Of a stretch of 64,000 nucleotides of DNA, positions 1-9,626 are shown one piece after another. Below the pieces are notes generated by a model. That model was given only the letters and a program-made list of their open reading frames with translations. It was not told the origin of the DNA and did not search any database. Source of the stretch: Candidatus Thorarchaeota archaeon (lineage in GTDB: Archaea > Asgardarchaeota > Thorarchaeia > Thorarchaeales > Thorarchaeaceae); assembly GCA_004524445.1 (NCBI GenBank), contig SDNP01000016.1, positions 1 through 64,000 of the forward strand. The letters run 5' to 3'. Each line of letters starts with the position of its first letter. Position 1 is the stretch's first letter. A program made the position numbers and the translations under genes.

Positions 1-1717
1 ATGGATAATCTCGAACAGACCAATGGAGTATGCAGTACCATGGGTTTGGACTATCTTTGTATTGGCCGCTTGCCATGCAGCAATATACATTACCACAATA
101 GACCTCTTTATTATTAGAATCGCGGACTATTATCCCTGTATGATGCCCAAACTCATGCAATAGCGTCGTTTTGAGCTTGTCCAACGTAGTTAAGTAATAG
201 GTACAAAGGCCTATTCCCCACCCCCAAGAACCCGGATCATGTTGGTAATGATACCCCCTCACACCCTTTCCCGCTGAATTTAGAATGAAGACCCATTCAT
301 AGGTTGCATCGAATTGATGATTGCAGTAAGCATAATAGGTATCACGATGTTCTTCAAATAATGTGGTTTCTTCGTCCCAGGGAATCGGGTCGTCAACTAC
401 ATAGTCGCACCTTGCATATCCATGCATTATATAATACGACCTCACGTAGCTAGCCATGCTATTGATGTCTGGTATCGAAACGAGAGGGTCTTGGTTTTGA
501 TCAACCATGTAGTCAATCTCTAGCATTACAATGCGGTAGCTCACTGCCAGGTAATCGATTTTCGTTCCATAATATGTGTTGGAAGAGGACAATATCTTCA
601 GTTTCATGTTCAAGAGCTCGTCATCTGCATACGTCCCCATGACCAAATCATATTCACCACCCGCGCTAAAAATGGCCCTTAACTGGTCATTTATGTACAG
701 TTTGATACTGAAGGTAGACCCTGTCATCACATCGGTATCAATATGTATGTGTGTGTCCAAACCCGCCTGTACCTGCCACTCCAATGTTGGGTACGAGCCA
801 TGCGGAAAATACTCGCAAAACTGGTATATTGGCATTGGATTGGCGTACAGAACCGGAGCAAATGGCCAGATGTATGTCACTTTCCATTGATGTTCTTTCC
901 AGCCACAATAGTTCACTGCAACCTCTACTTTATGTGGTCCTTCAAACACATTGTAGAAGACCACTGCCCCATGAAATCCACCCGACCCAATCACATACTG
1001 GTGGGTTAGACTGCCATCGAGATAGAACGTCAAGTAGCGAGAGTAGATATCTTGGTCGCGTTCAACATCGATATAGAGATGAACTTCAGACAATGATGGA
1101 TTGATGAATTCAAATGCCAACACAGAATAGCTCTTCTTGATGAACCAGTGTGCATCTTTTGCAGGTGACATCTCGGGAGTAGCGTAGCTATTGGTAATCG
1201 TGTACGGATAGAATCCGGTGTCATCACAATCCACACCATCGCCCTCGGTCAGTGTATCCATCTGAATCTCCTCAGCATTCGATAAAATCGAGGACTCTGC
1301 ATTATCCATAGGGATGTAATCTCCAGTTATGGAAATCGGCCTGTCCGCATCAGTGTGGTTTGTTGGCAAAGCTACTTCTGCCGGTGGCGAACCATATCGG
1401 TTTTCGAACGGCATCCACGGTGCATCCAGTAATGGCCTTCTGCAGTCGATTCCCTCTCACATAATTTGGTTGAATTCCTCTACTCTTCTGGCAGCACGAA
1501 CGGAAGAGTCACTTATCGCTTCAGATGTATCTGCTTGCGATGAGCCAGAATCAACACTCTCAGGTATTTGACTGCTCTCGACCGTGGCCTGACTCGGGCT
1601 GGAAATTGCACCGGTACTCATGGTGATTGATTCCATCGGAACCAACAGAAGAGTAATCTGAAAAACAAGAAGGAATACAATGAACTCTCTTTTCATCCCA
1701 TTCTCCCACTTCATCAC
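1..1717 (-). pseudogene. Secreted zincin-type metalloprotease-like protein interrupted by one in-frame TGA (1457-1459); runs off the left edge
   Basis: Signal-peptide ORF 1717-1457 continues in the same frame after TGA (...NQIM*EGIDCRRPLL...) with no further stop to position 2; HEFGHHTG (HExxH) at 134-157. Confidence 0.7.
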
Positions 1718-1951
1718 AATAACCTTCTAGTAGTTATTTTTATAATATATAAATTATTTGTTTTTTTTTTAATTGATAAGATGTTCTTGTAATATTTCTA
1801 GATTGAACTTAGTCTTTCTAGCATTTCAATACCGCTCCAATACTGATACAATTTTTGTGTCAAGATGTAGGTACACTGCACCATCAAGCCAGTTGTGGCT
1901 CTTCTATGTTAGTTGTGAGGGTTGGGTATCCTCAAAGATTAATGCAAACTA

Positions 1952-2301
1952 GCATTGGCTAGGTCTAAAACCCCTCAGTCCGCGGGGTGAACAATGCTCC
2001 AACAAGCCTTGCTACCTTCGGTGATGAAGCTGGTGAGGGGGATCATGAACCCGCCGTGGTAAGAATTGTGAAAAGCCTCGTTGTGACTGAAAGTGATGTT
2101 TCAGGACATGCACAGGGGGGAGGTGGCCAGGGCCGTGGGAGGGGGTCCATCCCGATGATTGCAGACAAAGCCCCTATTGACTCAATGACTGTTTGGTGCA
2201 TTGGCAGCGGTGACGCTGGCAGGGGACGGGTGGAACACAGAAGTTTCACACAATTTGAGCTCACTCGCTTTGCGGGAGCATGTTATAAAAAGGGAGCCGT
2301 G
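1952..2301 (+). ncRNA. Candidate large structured RNA (possibly a divergent SRP RNA)
   Basis: 56% GC over 1971-2280 by hand count; nested long-range pairings 1952-60/2294-2301, 1990-2000/2275-84, 2064-70/2249-55; GNRA hairpin 2205-18. Confidence 0.4.
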
Positions 2302-2323
2302 CATCCATTTTAATCGAAACATC

Positions 2324-3517
2324 ATGATGCATGACGTGGCTGTGGTCGGAGCTGGCCCAAGTGGATTATTGGCCGCCGCAGAAGCAACTAGGCATGATTT
2401 TGATGTTGTTGTATTTGAAGAGCATGGGAAGGTAGGGGTTCCCGATCATTGCGCAGGGCTGCTGAGCGTTTCCGGTTTGGATTCCTTGGGGCTACAACCA
2501 CCGAATTCAGTAGTTCAAAATGCGATAGTAGGGGCCAAAATATACTCTCCTTCAGGCCACTCTCTTCTCATTGAGAGAGAGAAAAGGGAGGCGCTCGTGG
2601 TGAATAGAAGCCTGTTTGATCAATGGTTGGCAGACCGAGCTGAGAAAAAAGGTGTACAGATAAAGACCGATGCTCATGTCAATAAGATTGTGACGGATGG
2701 ACAGAAGTACACCCTGACTTTGAAATCTGTTGGCGAATCAATACAATCGAGGTTTGTCTGTTTAGCTGAGGGGTCTCGATGCCAAATCTCACAGCAACTC
2801 GGGTTTCCTTCTGTTCCTAAGAGTAGCAAATACCCTGCATACCAGTTTGAAATAGAAGGTGCCGATATTGATCCTAGACACGTGGAGATGTTCTATGGGA
2901 GAAAGATCTCTACAGGCTTTTTCGCATGGGTAATTCCATTCGGAGAGGGAAAAGCACGGGTCGGACTAGCCTCAAGAGATGAGTCAAAGCGGCGTCTGAA
3001 ATCCTCTATGAAGAATCATCCCGTGATATCTGAAAGAGTGGAGGGAGCAAAGATCCGAAGAGGATTGGGGGGAATTGTATTGGTCGGGAAGCCCATAGAA
3101 AGAACCTCAATAGGAAACGCAGTGGTCACGGGTGATGCCGCAGGACATGTGAAAGCAACAACTGGTGGAGGTGTTATTCTGGGAGGCGTTGCTGCAAGAA
3201 TTGCTGGGCAGGTCATAAGAAAGAGATTACTCAAGGACGAATTCGAGCAGGGGCTCGATGAGTACAGTGCTCAATGGAGAGCAAAGCTAGAGAGAGAATT
3301 CCGTGCTATGTTTATTGCTCAAAAATTCCTCACATCCTTGTCCGATAAAGGACTAGATTCCTTAATTCACGACGTATCAGAATACAGGTTATTGGAAGTG
3401 GTTGAAAAATCAGGAGATATGGATAAGCAGAAACGGGTGCTTCTTGAACTTGCAAAGAACCCCATGGCGTATATCGCGGGCCTCAAGGCGATAAGATACT
3501 TGTCGCCGCTGATATGA
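2324..3517 (+). CDS. Geranylgeranyl reductase family FAD-dependent oxidoreductase
   Basis: DVAVVGAGPSG Rossmann motif, CAG motif, FAWVIP, GDAAG..ATTGGG; ATG 2324 preferred over upstream TTG. Confidence 0.9.
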   Translation: MMHDVAVVGAGPSGLLAAAEATRHDFDVVVFEEHGKVGVPDHCAGLLSVSGLDSLGLQPPNSVVQNAIVGAKIYSPSGHSLLIEREKREALVVNRSLFDQWLADRAEKKGVQIKTDAHVNKIVTDGQKYTLTLKSVGESIQSRFVCLAEGSRCQISQQLGFPSVPKSSKYPAYQFEIEGADIDPRHVEMFYGRKISTGFFAWVIPFGEGKARVGLASRDESKRRLKSSMKNHPVISERVEGAKIRRGLGGIVLVGKPIERTSIGNAVVTGDAAGHVKATTGGGVILGGVAARIAGQVIRKRLLKDEFEQGLDEYSAQWRAKLEREFRAMFIAQKFLTSLSDKGLDSLIHDVSEYRLLEVVEKSGDMDKQKRVLLELAKNPMAYIAGLKAIRYLSPLI

Positions 3518-3571
3518 TACATAGCTACATCTTTATCATTTTCTTGATAGGCAGATTTGTCACTGGAGGCA

Positions 3572-4927
3572 ATGGAAATGAACACGTCCAACAATGTTCT
3601 TGAAAAGGCAGTCGAATTACTAACATTGCACCCAGTATGTAATCAATGCCTTGGAAGGCAATTTGCATGGCTTAGCACTGATTCCACTAATGAGGAACGT
3701 GGACGAAGCATAAAGCTGCTATTATCCATGACTGCAGACGAACGAGTTAGAACTGGCGAAGCAAAGATACAGGACACCCTAATGCCTCGGCTAGCAAATC
3801 ATGGTATGTATGGACCCGCTATTTCTCTTTGTGAAGAACATGGAATCGACGTTGATGTGAGTAGGAACTGCTATCTCTGCGAAGTGAGAAACAAATCGAT
3901 ATTCAAGCAAATACCAAACATAGCCAGGAGAGTACTAGAGAGAGTGATCTCGTATGAGTTTGATACGTTTCTGATTGGCTGTGTACCAAATCCAACGGTT
4001 TCAGAAAGACAGGATGAATTGCGTGCAAAGCTGAATCTCCTTCATGCTGAGGCATTAAAATCTGACTTCAATAGAGAGCTTGGCAAACACCTTGAAAATC
4101 TTCTGGAGAAAAAAGTTGAATTCGAAAACCCAGATATTGTGATCATCTATGAGATGACTGGGGATACGTTCCGTCTTCAAGTCAATCCCATTTTTATTTA
4201 CGGCCGTTATAGAAAACTGGAAAGGGGAATTCCTCAAAGCAGATGGGACTGCAGTAGCTGCAATGGTAAAGGCTGTGAGGAGTGCAACGAGACAGGTAGA
4301 AGATACCCTGATTCTGTGTCAGAATATGTCAGTAAACCAATACTAAAAGTGGCTCAAGGCTCCAAATTTAAATTTCATGCAGCAGGAAGGGAAGACGTTG
4401 ATGCCTTGATGCTGGGGTCAGGACGCCCATTTGTTGTGGAAATATCTGAGCCAAAAAAACGCAGGATCAACCTTGACGAGATTGAATCGGCAATCAATAG
4501 TAGAGCACGTGGAAAGGTGGAGGTTGATTCCCTTGAGTTCACATCAAGGGAAGTGATGCAGAATCTAAAGAGTGATGCCTCATCCAATATCAAGGAATAT
4601 GTGGCCAAAATAGCCACTGAGGAAGAAGTGTCCAATGACAAGCTGCGAAGAGCAGAAACCGAACTGAGGGATATCGAGATTGAACAGAGAACACCACACA
4701 GAGTGGCGCATCGGAGAAGCGACCGGATCAGAAAGAAGAGAGTTCATAGTGTCAAGTTACTGAAGACGGATGAACATGAATTACGTGGCGATTTTGTCGT
4801 TCAAGGGGGAACATATGTCAAAGAGTTGATCTCGGGAGATGAGGGAAGAACTACCCCTTCACTTAGTAGCCTCCTTGGAACAAAATGTACATGCCTGAAG
4901 CTGAATGTGACAGCAATTCGTGCTTAG
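3572..4927 (+). CDS. pus10: tRNA pseudouridine(54/55) synthase Pus10
   Basis: CxxCLGRQF N-terminus, YGRYRKLERGIPQSRW, FHAAGREDVDA catalytic motif, GGTYVKELISGD. Confidence 0.95.
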   Translation: MEMNTSNNVLEKAVELLTLHPVCNQCLGRQFAWLSTDSTNEERGRSIKLLLSMTADERVRTGEAKIQDTLMPRLANHGMYGPAISLCEEHGIDVDVSRNCYLCEVRNKSIFKQIPNIARRVLERVISYEFDTFLIGCVPNPTVSERQDELRAKLNLLHAEALKSDFNRELGKHLENLLEKKVEFENPDIVIIYEMTGDTFRLQVNPIFIYGRYRKLERGIPQSRWDCSSCNGKGCEECNETGRRYPDSVSEYVSKPILKVAQGSKFKFHAAGREDVDALMLGSGRPFVVEISEPKKRRINLDEIESAINSRARGKVEVDSLEFTSREVMQNLKSDASSNIKEYVAKIATEEEVSNDKLRRAETELRDIEIEQRTPHRVAHRRSDRIRKKRVHSVKLLKTDEHELRGDFVVQGGTYVKELISGDEGRTTPSLSSLLGTKCTCLKLNVTAIRA

Positions 4928-5038
4928 CACACCATAATCCTTAAGTGGTCACTAAAGACGTGATGCTGAGCCTCGGGTGGGTGTGCATACCTTCTTCCTT
5001 AAATTCCGGGGTAATCAATTAAGGATAGGTCGATAGTC

Positions 5039-5335
5039 ATGGTAAAAAAGAGTCATGGATACCGTGCAAGAACTCGTAGCCTTATGTCTAAGAAGCCAAG
5101 AAATAGAGGTATTTCACCACTGGGCCCAATGCTGATTGAATATAAAGAGGGACAACGTGTAAACATCGTTATCGACCCCAGCATGCATAAAGGCATGCCA
5201 CATAGACGATATCAAGGCCGAACCGGAGTTGTAAAAGGTATGAGAGGCAGAGGGGTAGTCGTCGAAGTTAGTCTCGGGAAAGCAACAAAGACACTGATTG
5301 TTAGACCTGAGCATCTACGGCCAAATAAGGAGTAA
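5039..5335 (+). CDS. rpl21e: 50S ribosomal protein L21e
   Basis: SHGYRARTR, KGMPHRRYQGRTG, VRPEHL. Confidence 0.97.
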   Translation: MVKKSHGYRARTRSLMSKKPRNRGISPLGPMLIEYKEGQRVNIVIDPSMHKGMPHRRYQGRTGVVKGMRGRGVVVEVSLGKATKTLIVRPEHLRPNKE

Positions 5336-5345
5336 GTGCTGACAG

Positions 5346-5681
5346 ATGCCACGAGAGATAATTGATGACAAAGAGGTCACATTGCCTCAAGTCAAGAAAA
5401 TCCTGAAAAAGAGAGAGAAAGAGGGCGAGTTGTCTTTCCAGCAGACCATCACTCTAGAACATGCAACTACCTATGCTAAAATGACACCTTCTGCGTCCAA
5501 GCGTCTTGTAAAGAGACTCATGAAGAATTATGAACTCAAGAGATTCCAAGCAGTTCAAATAGTCAATATTGGTCCAACCACACCAGAAGAACTCAAGACC
5601 CTCATTGATTTTCGTTCAGCTAATCTCACAGAAGAACAGCTTGAGGAGATAGCAGAAATAATGGAGAGTAAGGTTAGGTAG
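5346..5681 (+). CDS. rpo4: RNA polymerase subunit F (Rpo4)
   Basis: ELSFQQ..LEH and AVQIVNI.P.T.EE motifs; conserved position after rpl21e. Confidence 0.9.
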   Translation: MPREIIDDKEVTLPQVKKILKKREKEGELSFQQTITLEHATTYAKMTPSASKRLVKRLMKNYELKRFQAVQIVNIGPTTPEELKTLIDFRSANLTEEQLEEIAEIMESKVR

Positions 5682-5814
5682 CACCAAAACTCGATGGGTC
5701 TTTTGCATCAATAATGGATGCAATATATGTCCATCTGCCTAGCCCGATTGACTTTTATCCCAATAAACACAATTCATGAGTAATGTTGTCTATACCAATT
5801 AGGAGCGATTATGG

Positions 5815-6417
5815 ATGGAAGAACCTGACAATCGAGCGTACGAAACACATGCCTATATCTTGGCAGTCATTCCGCCAAAGACCTTTCTAAGGGATGGCAG
5901 AGGTAGTTCCGGTTCCGTAGTCCAATCTATTGGAGAAGACAACTTTACACTCTTAGAGCTGGTGCCTAAGCGCGGGGCAAAACTACGTCCGCAAGATAGA
6001 GTGACGATTGAGAGAGATGCACCTAGCAAAATAGACCATGTAAAGAGACGCATTTCCTATGAAGACCTCGCCCCTGAAAGCTCCGCTGAATTACCCCTAG
6101 TTATTGAAATAATAGTTACAAAGCACGAAAGCAAATTTGTGAAGTTCTTTAACGAAGCACCGCCCATTACGACGAGAATGCATTCGCTGCAGCTCCTTCC
6201 GGGCATAGGTCAGACATTGATGTGGGCCCTTTTGGAGGAACGAAAAAAGGGGAAATTCAAGAGCTTTGAGGATATTGCATCCAGGACAAAACTGCAAAAT
6301 CCAAAAAAGGTTGTCACTGCCCGAATCGTAGACGAATTGCAGGGAGATGTAAAGAGGTGGATCTTCGTAAAACCTCCAATTACTGATTCAGATAGACCAC
6401 GCCGTTCAGGCAGATAG
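5815..6417 (+). CDS. DUF655 family RNA-binding protein
   Basis: IGEDNFTLLEL, FFNEAPPITTRMHSLQLLPGIG HhH motif; conserved synteny. Confidence 0.92.
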   Translation: MEEPDNRAYETHAYILAVIPPKTFLRDGRGSSGSVVQSIGEDNFTLLELVPKRGAKLRPQDRVTIERDAPSKIDHVKRRISYEDLAPESSAELPLVIEIIVTKHESKFVKFFNEAPPITTRMHSLQLLPGIGQTLMWALLEERKKGKFKSFEDIASRTKLQNPKKVVTARIVDELQGDVKRWIFVKPPITDSDRPRRSGR

Positions 6418-6444
6418 TTTGTAATCTTGATTTGGTGAGTAATT

Positions 6445-7305
6445 TTGTCTGAGCACCAAATAAGGTCCCTATTACAAAAATATCAAGTTGGATTGAAACG
6501 AGAGTTTGGACAGACATTCTTACTGAATAAACAGATTGCGAGGACGATTGTAAAGCATGCCAATATTATGCCTAGTGACACGGTACTCGAAATTGGTCCA
6601 GGGCTGGGGGTTCTTACTTCAATTCTCATACGCACTGGTGCAAAGATAATACTAATTGAAATTGAGCCGGGGCTAGTAAGAGCACTGAGAGATATATTTG
6701 AAAATGCAGAGAATCTCAAAATCATTCAAGGCGATGCGCTGGAAGTGGAGTTGCCAGATGCAAGCAAAATCGTTTCTAATTTGCCCTATAACGTTGCTTC
6801 TCAAATAACATTTAGACTTCTCTCCGAGATGTATTTTCAGTGCGCAGTTCTGATGTATCAGAAGGAATTTGCAGACCGCCTCATAGCCAATCCGGGAGAT
6901 TCAGAATTCTCACGGGTAAGCGTGAATTTCCAGTATCAGGCAATAGCTGAAAAAATTATGGGTGTCAAGGCGGACGAATTTTATCCCGTCCCAGCAGTTG
7001 ATTCAACTGTATTGAAAATCAAGCAGAGGAAATCGGGTCCCAAAGCAAAGGATGATGATATATTTCATGCACTGGTGCGAGGGATATTTTCCTACCCGAA
7101 TAAATATCTCCGAAATGCATTGGGGATTTGGTTACGGAATTTGGGCGAACCTAGGCAGCTTGCAGACAAGATACTAAATCAGATGGACGAAAGACTATCT
7201 GAAACGCGTCCGCGAAGTCTGAAACTCTCGCAGATTGTAGGGCTTGCAGATGTCTTGTTTGAGCTACAACAAGAGGGCATCATTGGTTCATTGAAAGAGG
7301 AATAG
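6445..7305 (+). CDS. rsmA: 16S rRNA dimethyltransferase RsmA/KsgA/Dim1
   Basis: GQTFL, VLEIGPGLG, SNLPY, FYPVPAVDS. Confidence 0.95.
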   Translation: MSEHQIRSLLQKYQVGLKREFGQTFLLNKQIARTIVKHANIMPSDTVLEIGPGLGVLTSILIRTGAKIILIEIEPGLVRALRDIFENAENLKIIQGDALEVELPDASKIVSNLPYNVASQITFRLLSEMYFQCAVLMYQKEFADRLIANPGDSEFSRVSVNFQYQAIAEKIMGVKADEFYPVPAVDSTVLKIKQRKSGPKAKDDDIFHALVRGIFSYPNKYLRNALGIWLRNLGEPRQLADKILNQMDERLSETRPRSLKLSQIVGLADVLFELQQEGIIGSLKEE

Positions 7306-7307
7306 GC

Positions 7308-7895
7308 ATGGAGGAAAATGATATTCAGTTCCACGTGAGAGAGGGAGTATACCCTCCTGCGGAGGACACATTCCTGCTACTAGATTCGATATACTCTGAA
7401 ATACAGGGAAAAGTATTGGAGATGGGTTCAGGGTCTGGTTATCTTTCAGTTCATCTAGCAAATAGGGCAGACATGTTGATAGCTTGTGACATATCATTAT
7501 TGGCTGTGAAGAACACCAAAGAAAACCTGGTTCGCAATAGAATAGAGAACTCAACTGATGTGCTTCAAACTGATTTATTCTTGGCATTAGCCGATAAAAG
7601 AGTGTTTGATTTCGTCATATTCAATCCACCATACCTCCCAGCAGATGGAAATGTGACTAAGGAAGATAGGACATACATTGGAGGAATAAGGGGCACTGAA
7701 ATAACTGAAAAATTCCTGAAACAGGCAATAAAGCATCTAAAGCCAAAAGGGACCATCTTTGTGGTTGTGTCATCATTAGCTGATGTTGAAAGCGTTTGGG
7801 ATAGTATGAGATTGTTGAACCTATCTGCCGATATTATCAATCAGAAACGGCTGTTTTTTGAAACCTTGTCCATCTTGAGAGGAACGCCAAAGTAA
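7308..7895 (+). CDS. HemK2/Mtq2-type protein glutamine methyltransferase
   Basis: VYPPAEDTFLL, LEMGSGSG, FNPPYLP, C-terminal FFE.L. Confidence 0.9.
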   Translation: MEENDIQFHVREGVYPPAEDTFLLLDSIYSEIQGKVLEMGSGSGYLSVHLANRADMLIACDISLLAVKNTKENLVRNRIENSTDVLQTDLFLALADKRVFDFVIFNPPYLPADGNVTKEDRTYIGGIRGTEITEKFLKQAIKHLKPKGTIFVVVSSLADVESVWDSMRLLNLSADIINQKRLFFETLSILRGTPK

Positions 7896-7973
7896 CTGTT
7901 ACAAGGAAATGGTTTTATAACCTCAATAATGAGAGCCGCTGAGCGCAGTTTTTACTTTGCGAGTGGAATTGAT

Positions 7974-8741
7974 ATGGCCGACAAGAAATCTGGCAAAAAG
8001 AAGACCAGCAAGAAATCTGAAAATGTTGTAAAAGAAAACAGCCTAGTCTATGTTGATTATGTAGGAAGAACAAAAGAAGACGGTGAGGTCTTCGACCTCA
8101 CTCTGGAGGATGTTGCAAAAGAAGAGGGCGTCTACAAAGAAGACGACCGATATGAGCCAATGTTAGTTGCAGTGGGCTGGAATTGGCTTTTGAAGGCAAT
8201 AGAAGATGAGCTTGTCGGAATGAAAGTAGGAGAAAAGAAGACCGTAGAGGTCCCACCAGAGAAGGGAGCAGGTCCCCGAGATCCAAAGAAAGTAAAGAAG
8301 ATAGCAATAGCCAAACTTGCCAAGCAGGGCATTCAGCCGATAAAGGGGGAGAAAATAACATTCGGGCAGGAACGAGGTGTTATTACATCAGTATTGGGAC
8401 GCACGGTCCGAGTGGATTTCAATAGCCCTCTAGCAGGTAAGACACTGGTTTTCGACGTCATTGTTCGTGAAATTGTCACTGGCAAGAAGGAGAAAATGAA
8501 GGCAGTTGTGAAACGTCGTATTCCTGCGCTTCCTGATGAAAAGTTTGAGGGCGGTATAAGAGGAAAGACCGTCACTATCGAGCTTCCCAAGGAAACAAGG
8601 TATATTGAAAATATCCAGTACGCAGAAATTGGAATCGCAGCAGACCTCCTCAAGGTCTTTGAACAAGCTGATGAGGTTAAGATGGTCGTGACTTTTGAGC
8701 GTCCTGAAGAACCAAAGGAAGCAGATTCTGACGAGGAATAG
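7974..8741 (+). CDS. Long-type archaeal FKBP peptidyl-prolyl isomerase (SlyD-like)
   Basis: VDYVGR...GEVFD, VEVPPEK, VDFNSPLAGKTL.F. Confidence 0.9.
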   Translation: MADKKSGKKKTSKKSENVVKENSLVYVDYVGRTKEDGEVFDLTLEDVAKEEGVYKEDDRYEPMLVAVGWNWLLKAIEDELVGMKVGEKKTVEVPPEKGAGPRDPKKVKKIAIAKLAKQGIQPIKGEKITFGQERGVITSVLGRTVRVDFNSPLAGKTLVFDVIVREIVTGKKEKMKAVVKRRIPALPDEKFEGGIRGKTVTIELPKETRYIENIQYAEIGIAADLLKVFEQADEVKMVVTFERPEEPKEADSDEE

Positions 8742-8870
8742 ACCAGTGTTTGTAGACTAGTGACTTATAAGAAACTTGTGCGATGTAAAAAGCTTTTAAT
8801 ACTCTGTGCCAAACCGAATTAATTGTCACTAGTTCTCCGAGACCTGTTCTCATTAAGGGAGTTACTTAAC

Positions 8871-9506
8871 ATGGAACATTCGCTAAAGGAATCCAATGAA
8901 TTGAAGACTGGCACCACCACAGTTGGCATGATTGGCAAAGATTGTGTAGTCCTAGCTAGTGATCGGCGCGCAACTATGGGTCTTCTAATTGCTAGTAAAA
9001 CAGCAAAGAAGATCTATAAGATCACTGACAGAATTGGTGCAACCATTGCCGGTTCCGTTGCAGATGCCCAAAATATTATGGACATTCTACAGGCGGAAGC
9101 AAAACTCTTTGAAATTCAGCGTGAAAGGCCAATGCGCGTGAAGGCACTCACAAGATTACTGAGTAACATAATGTTCCAAGCAAGAGGTGGCTACCTATTA
9201 CAATGTCTCGTAGGAGGATTTGATGACGAGGGAGCTCAGGTCTACTATACAGACTATATTGGATCTGTTATCCCTGACGACTATGTAGCAACTGGATCAG
9301 GTTCTCCTGTGGCTCTAGGTGTTCTTGAGGCCGAATATAAGGAGAATCTCCCAAGGAACAAAGCGATTGAGCTTGCGGTGCGTTCCATAGCATCAGCAAT
9401 TGAGCGCGATGCGGCGAGCGGTAATGCGATTCTTGTCAGTGCTATTGACGAGAACGGTTACGAAGAGATTCCAAAGGAAACCATCGATAAGATTTGGAAG
9501 AAATAG
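8871..9506 (+). CDS. psmB: Proteasome subunit beta
   Basis: Propeptide ending KTG then TTTVG, ASDRRAT, ATGSGS.A.GVLE, RDAASG. Confidence 0.97.
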   Translation: MEHSLKESNELKTGTTTVGMIGKDCVVLASDRRATMGLLIASKTAKKIYKITDRIGATIAGSVADAQNIMDILQAEAKLFEIQRERPMRVKALTRLLSNIMFQARGGYLLQCLVGGFDDEGAQVYYTDYIGSVIPDDYVATGSGSPVALGVLEAEYKENLPRNKAIELAVRSIASAIERDAASGNAILVSAIDENGYEEIPKETIDKIWKK

Positions 9507-9626
9507 ATACTCTATTTCTCTACCACGGCAGGTTATCGCAGAAAATACAGCACTTGCCCTTCGGGCAAGGTTGACTATGAGGCCGTTACGAGTTAATTAC
9601 AGGCCTATCTCAAGATGTGACTATAG

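Noticed and set aside
576-1571. Several plus-strand ORFs
   Set aside because: Antisense shadows of the minus-strand HExxH reading frame
1761-1770. T10 tract as a phase-variation switch
   Set aside because: Lies upstream of the TATA-like box in AT-rich DNA; nothing in the sequence indicates variability
1952-2301. RNase P RNA
   Set aside because: The conserved GAGGAAnnUCC and ACAGAAnnnnGCUUA P4 segments were not found on either strand
1987-2313. 108-aa GTG ORF as a real protein
   Set aside because: No recognisable motif; coincides with a G-rich structured region; not fully excluded
2293-2341. Group II intron domain V look-alike (GAGCCGTGCATC...GATGCAT..GGCT)
   Set aside because: Wrong loop and bulge geometry, overlaps the GGR start codon, no other intron domains or RT
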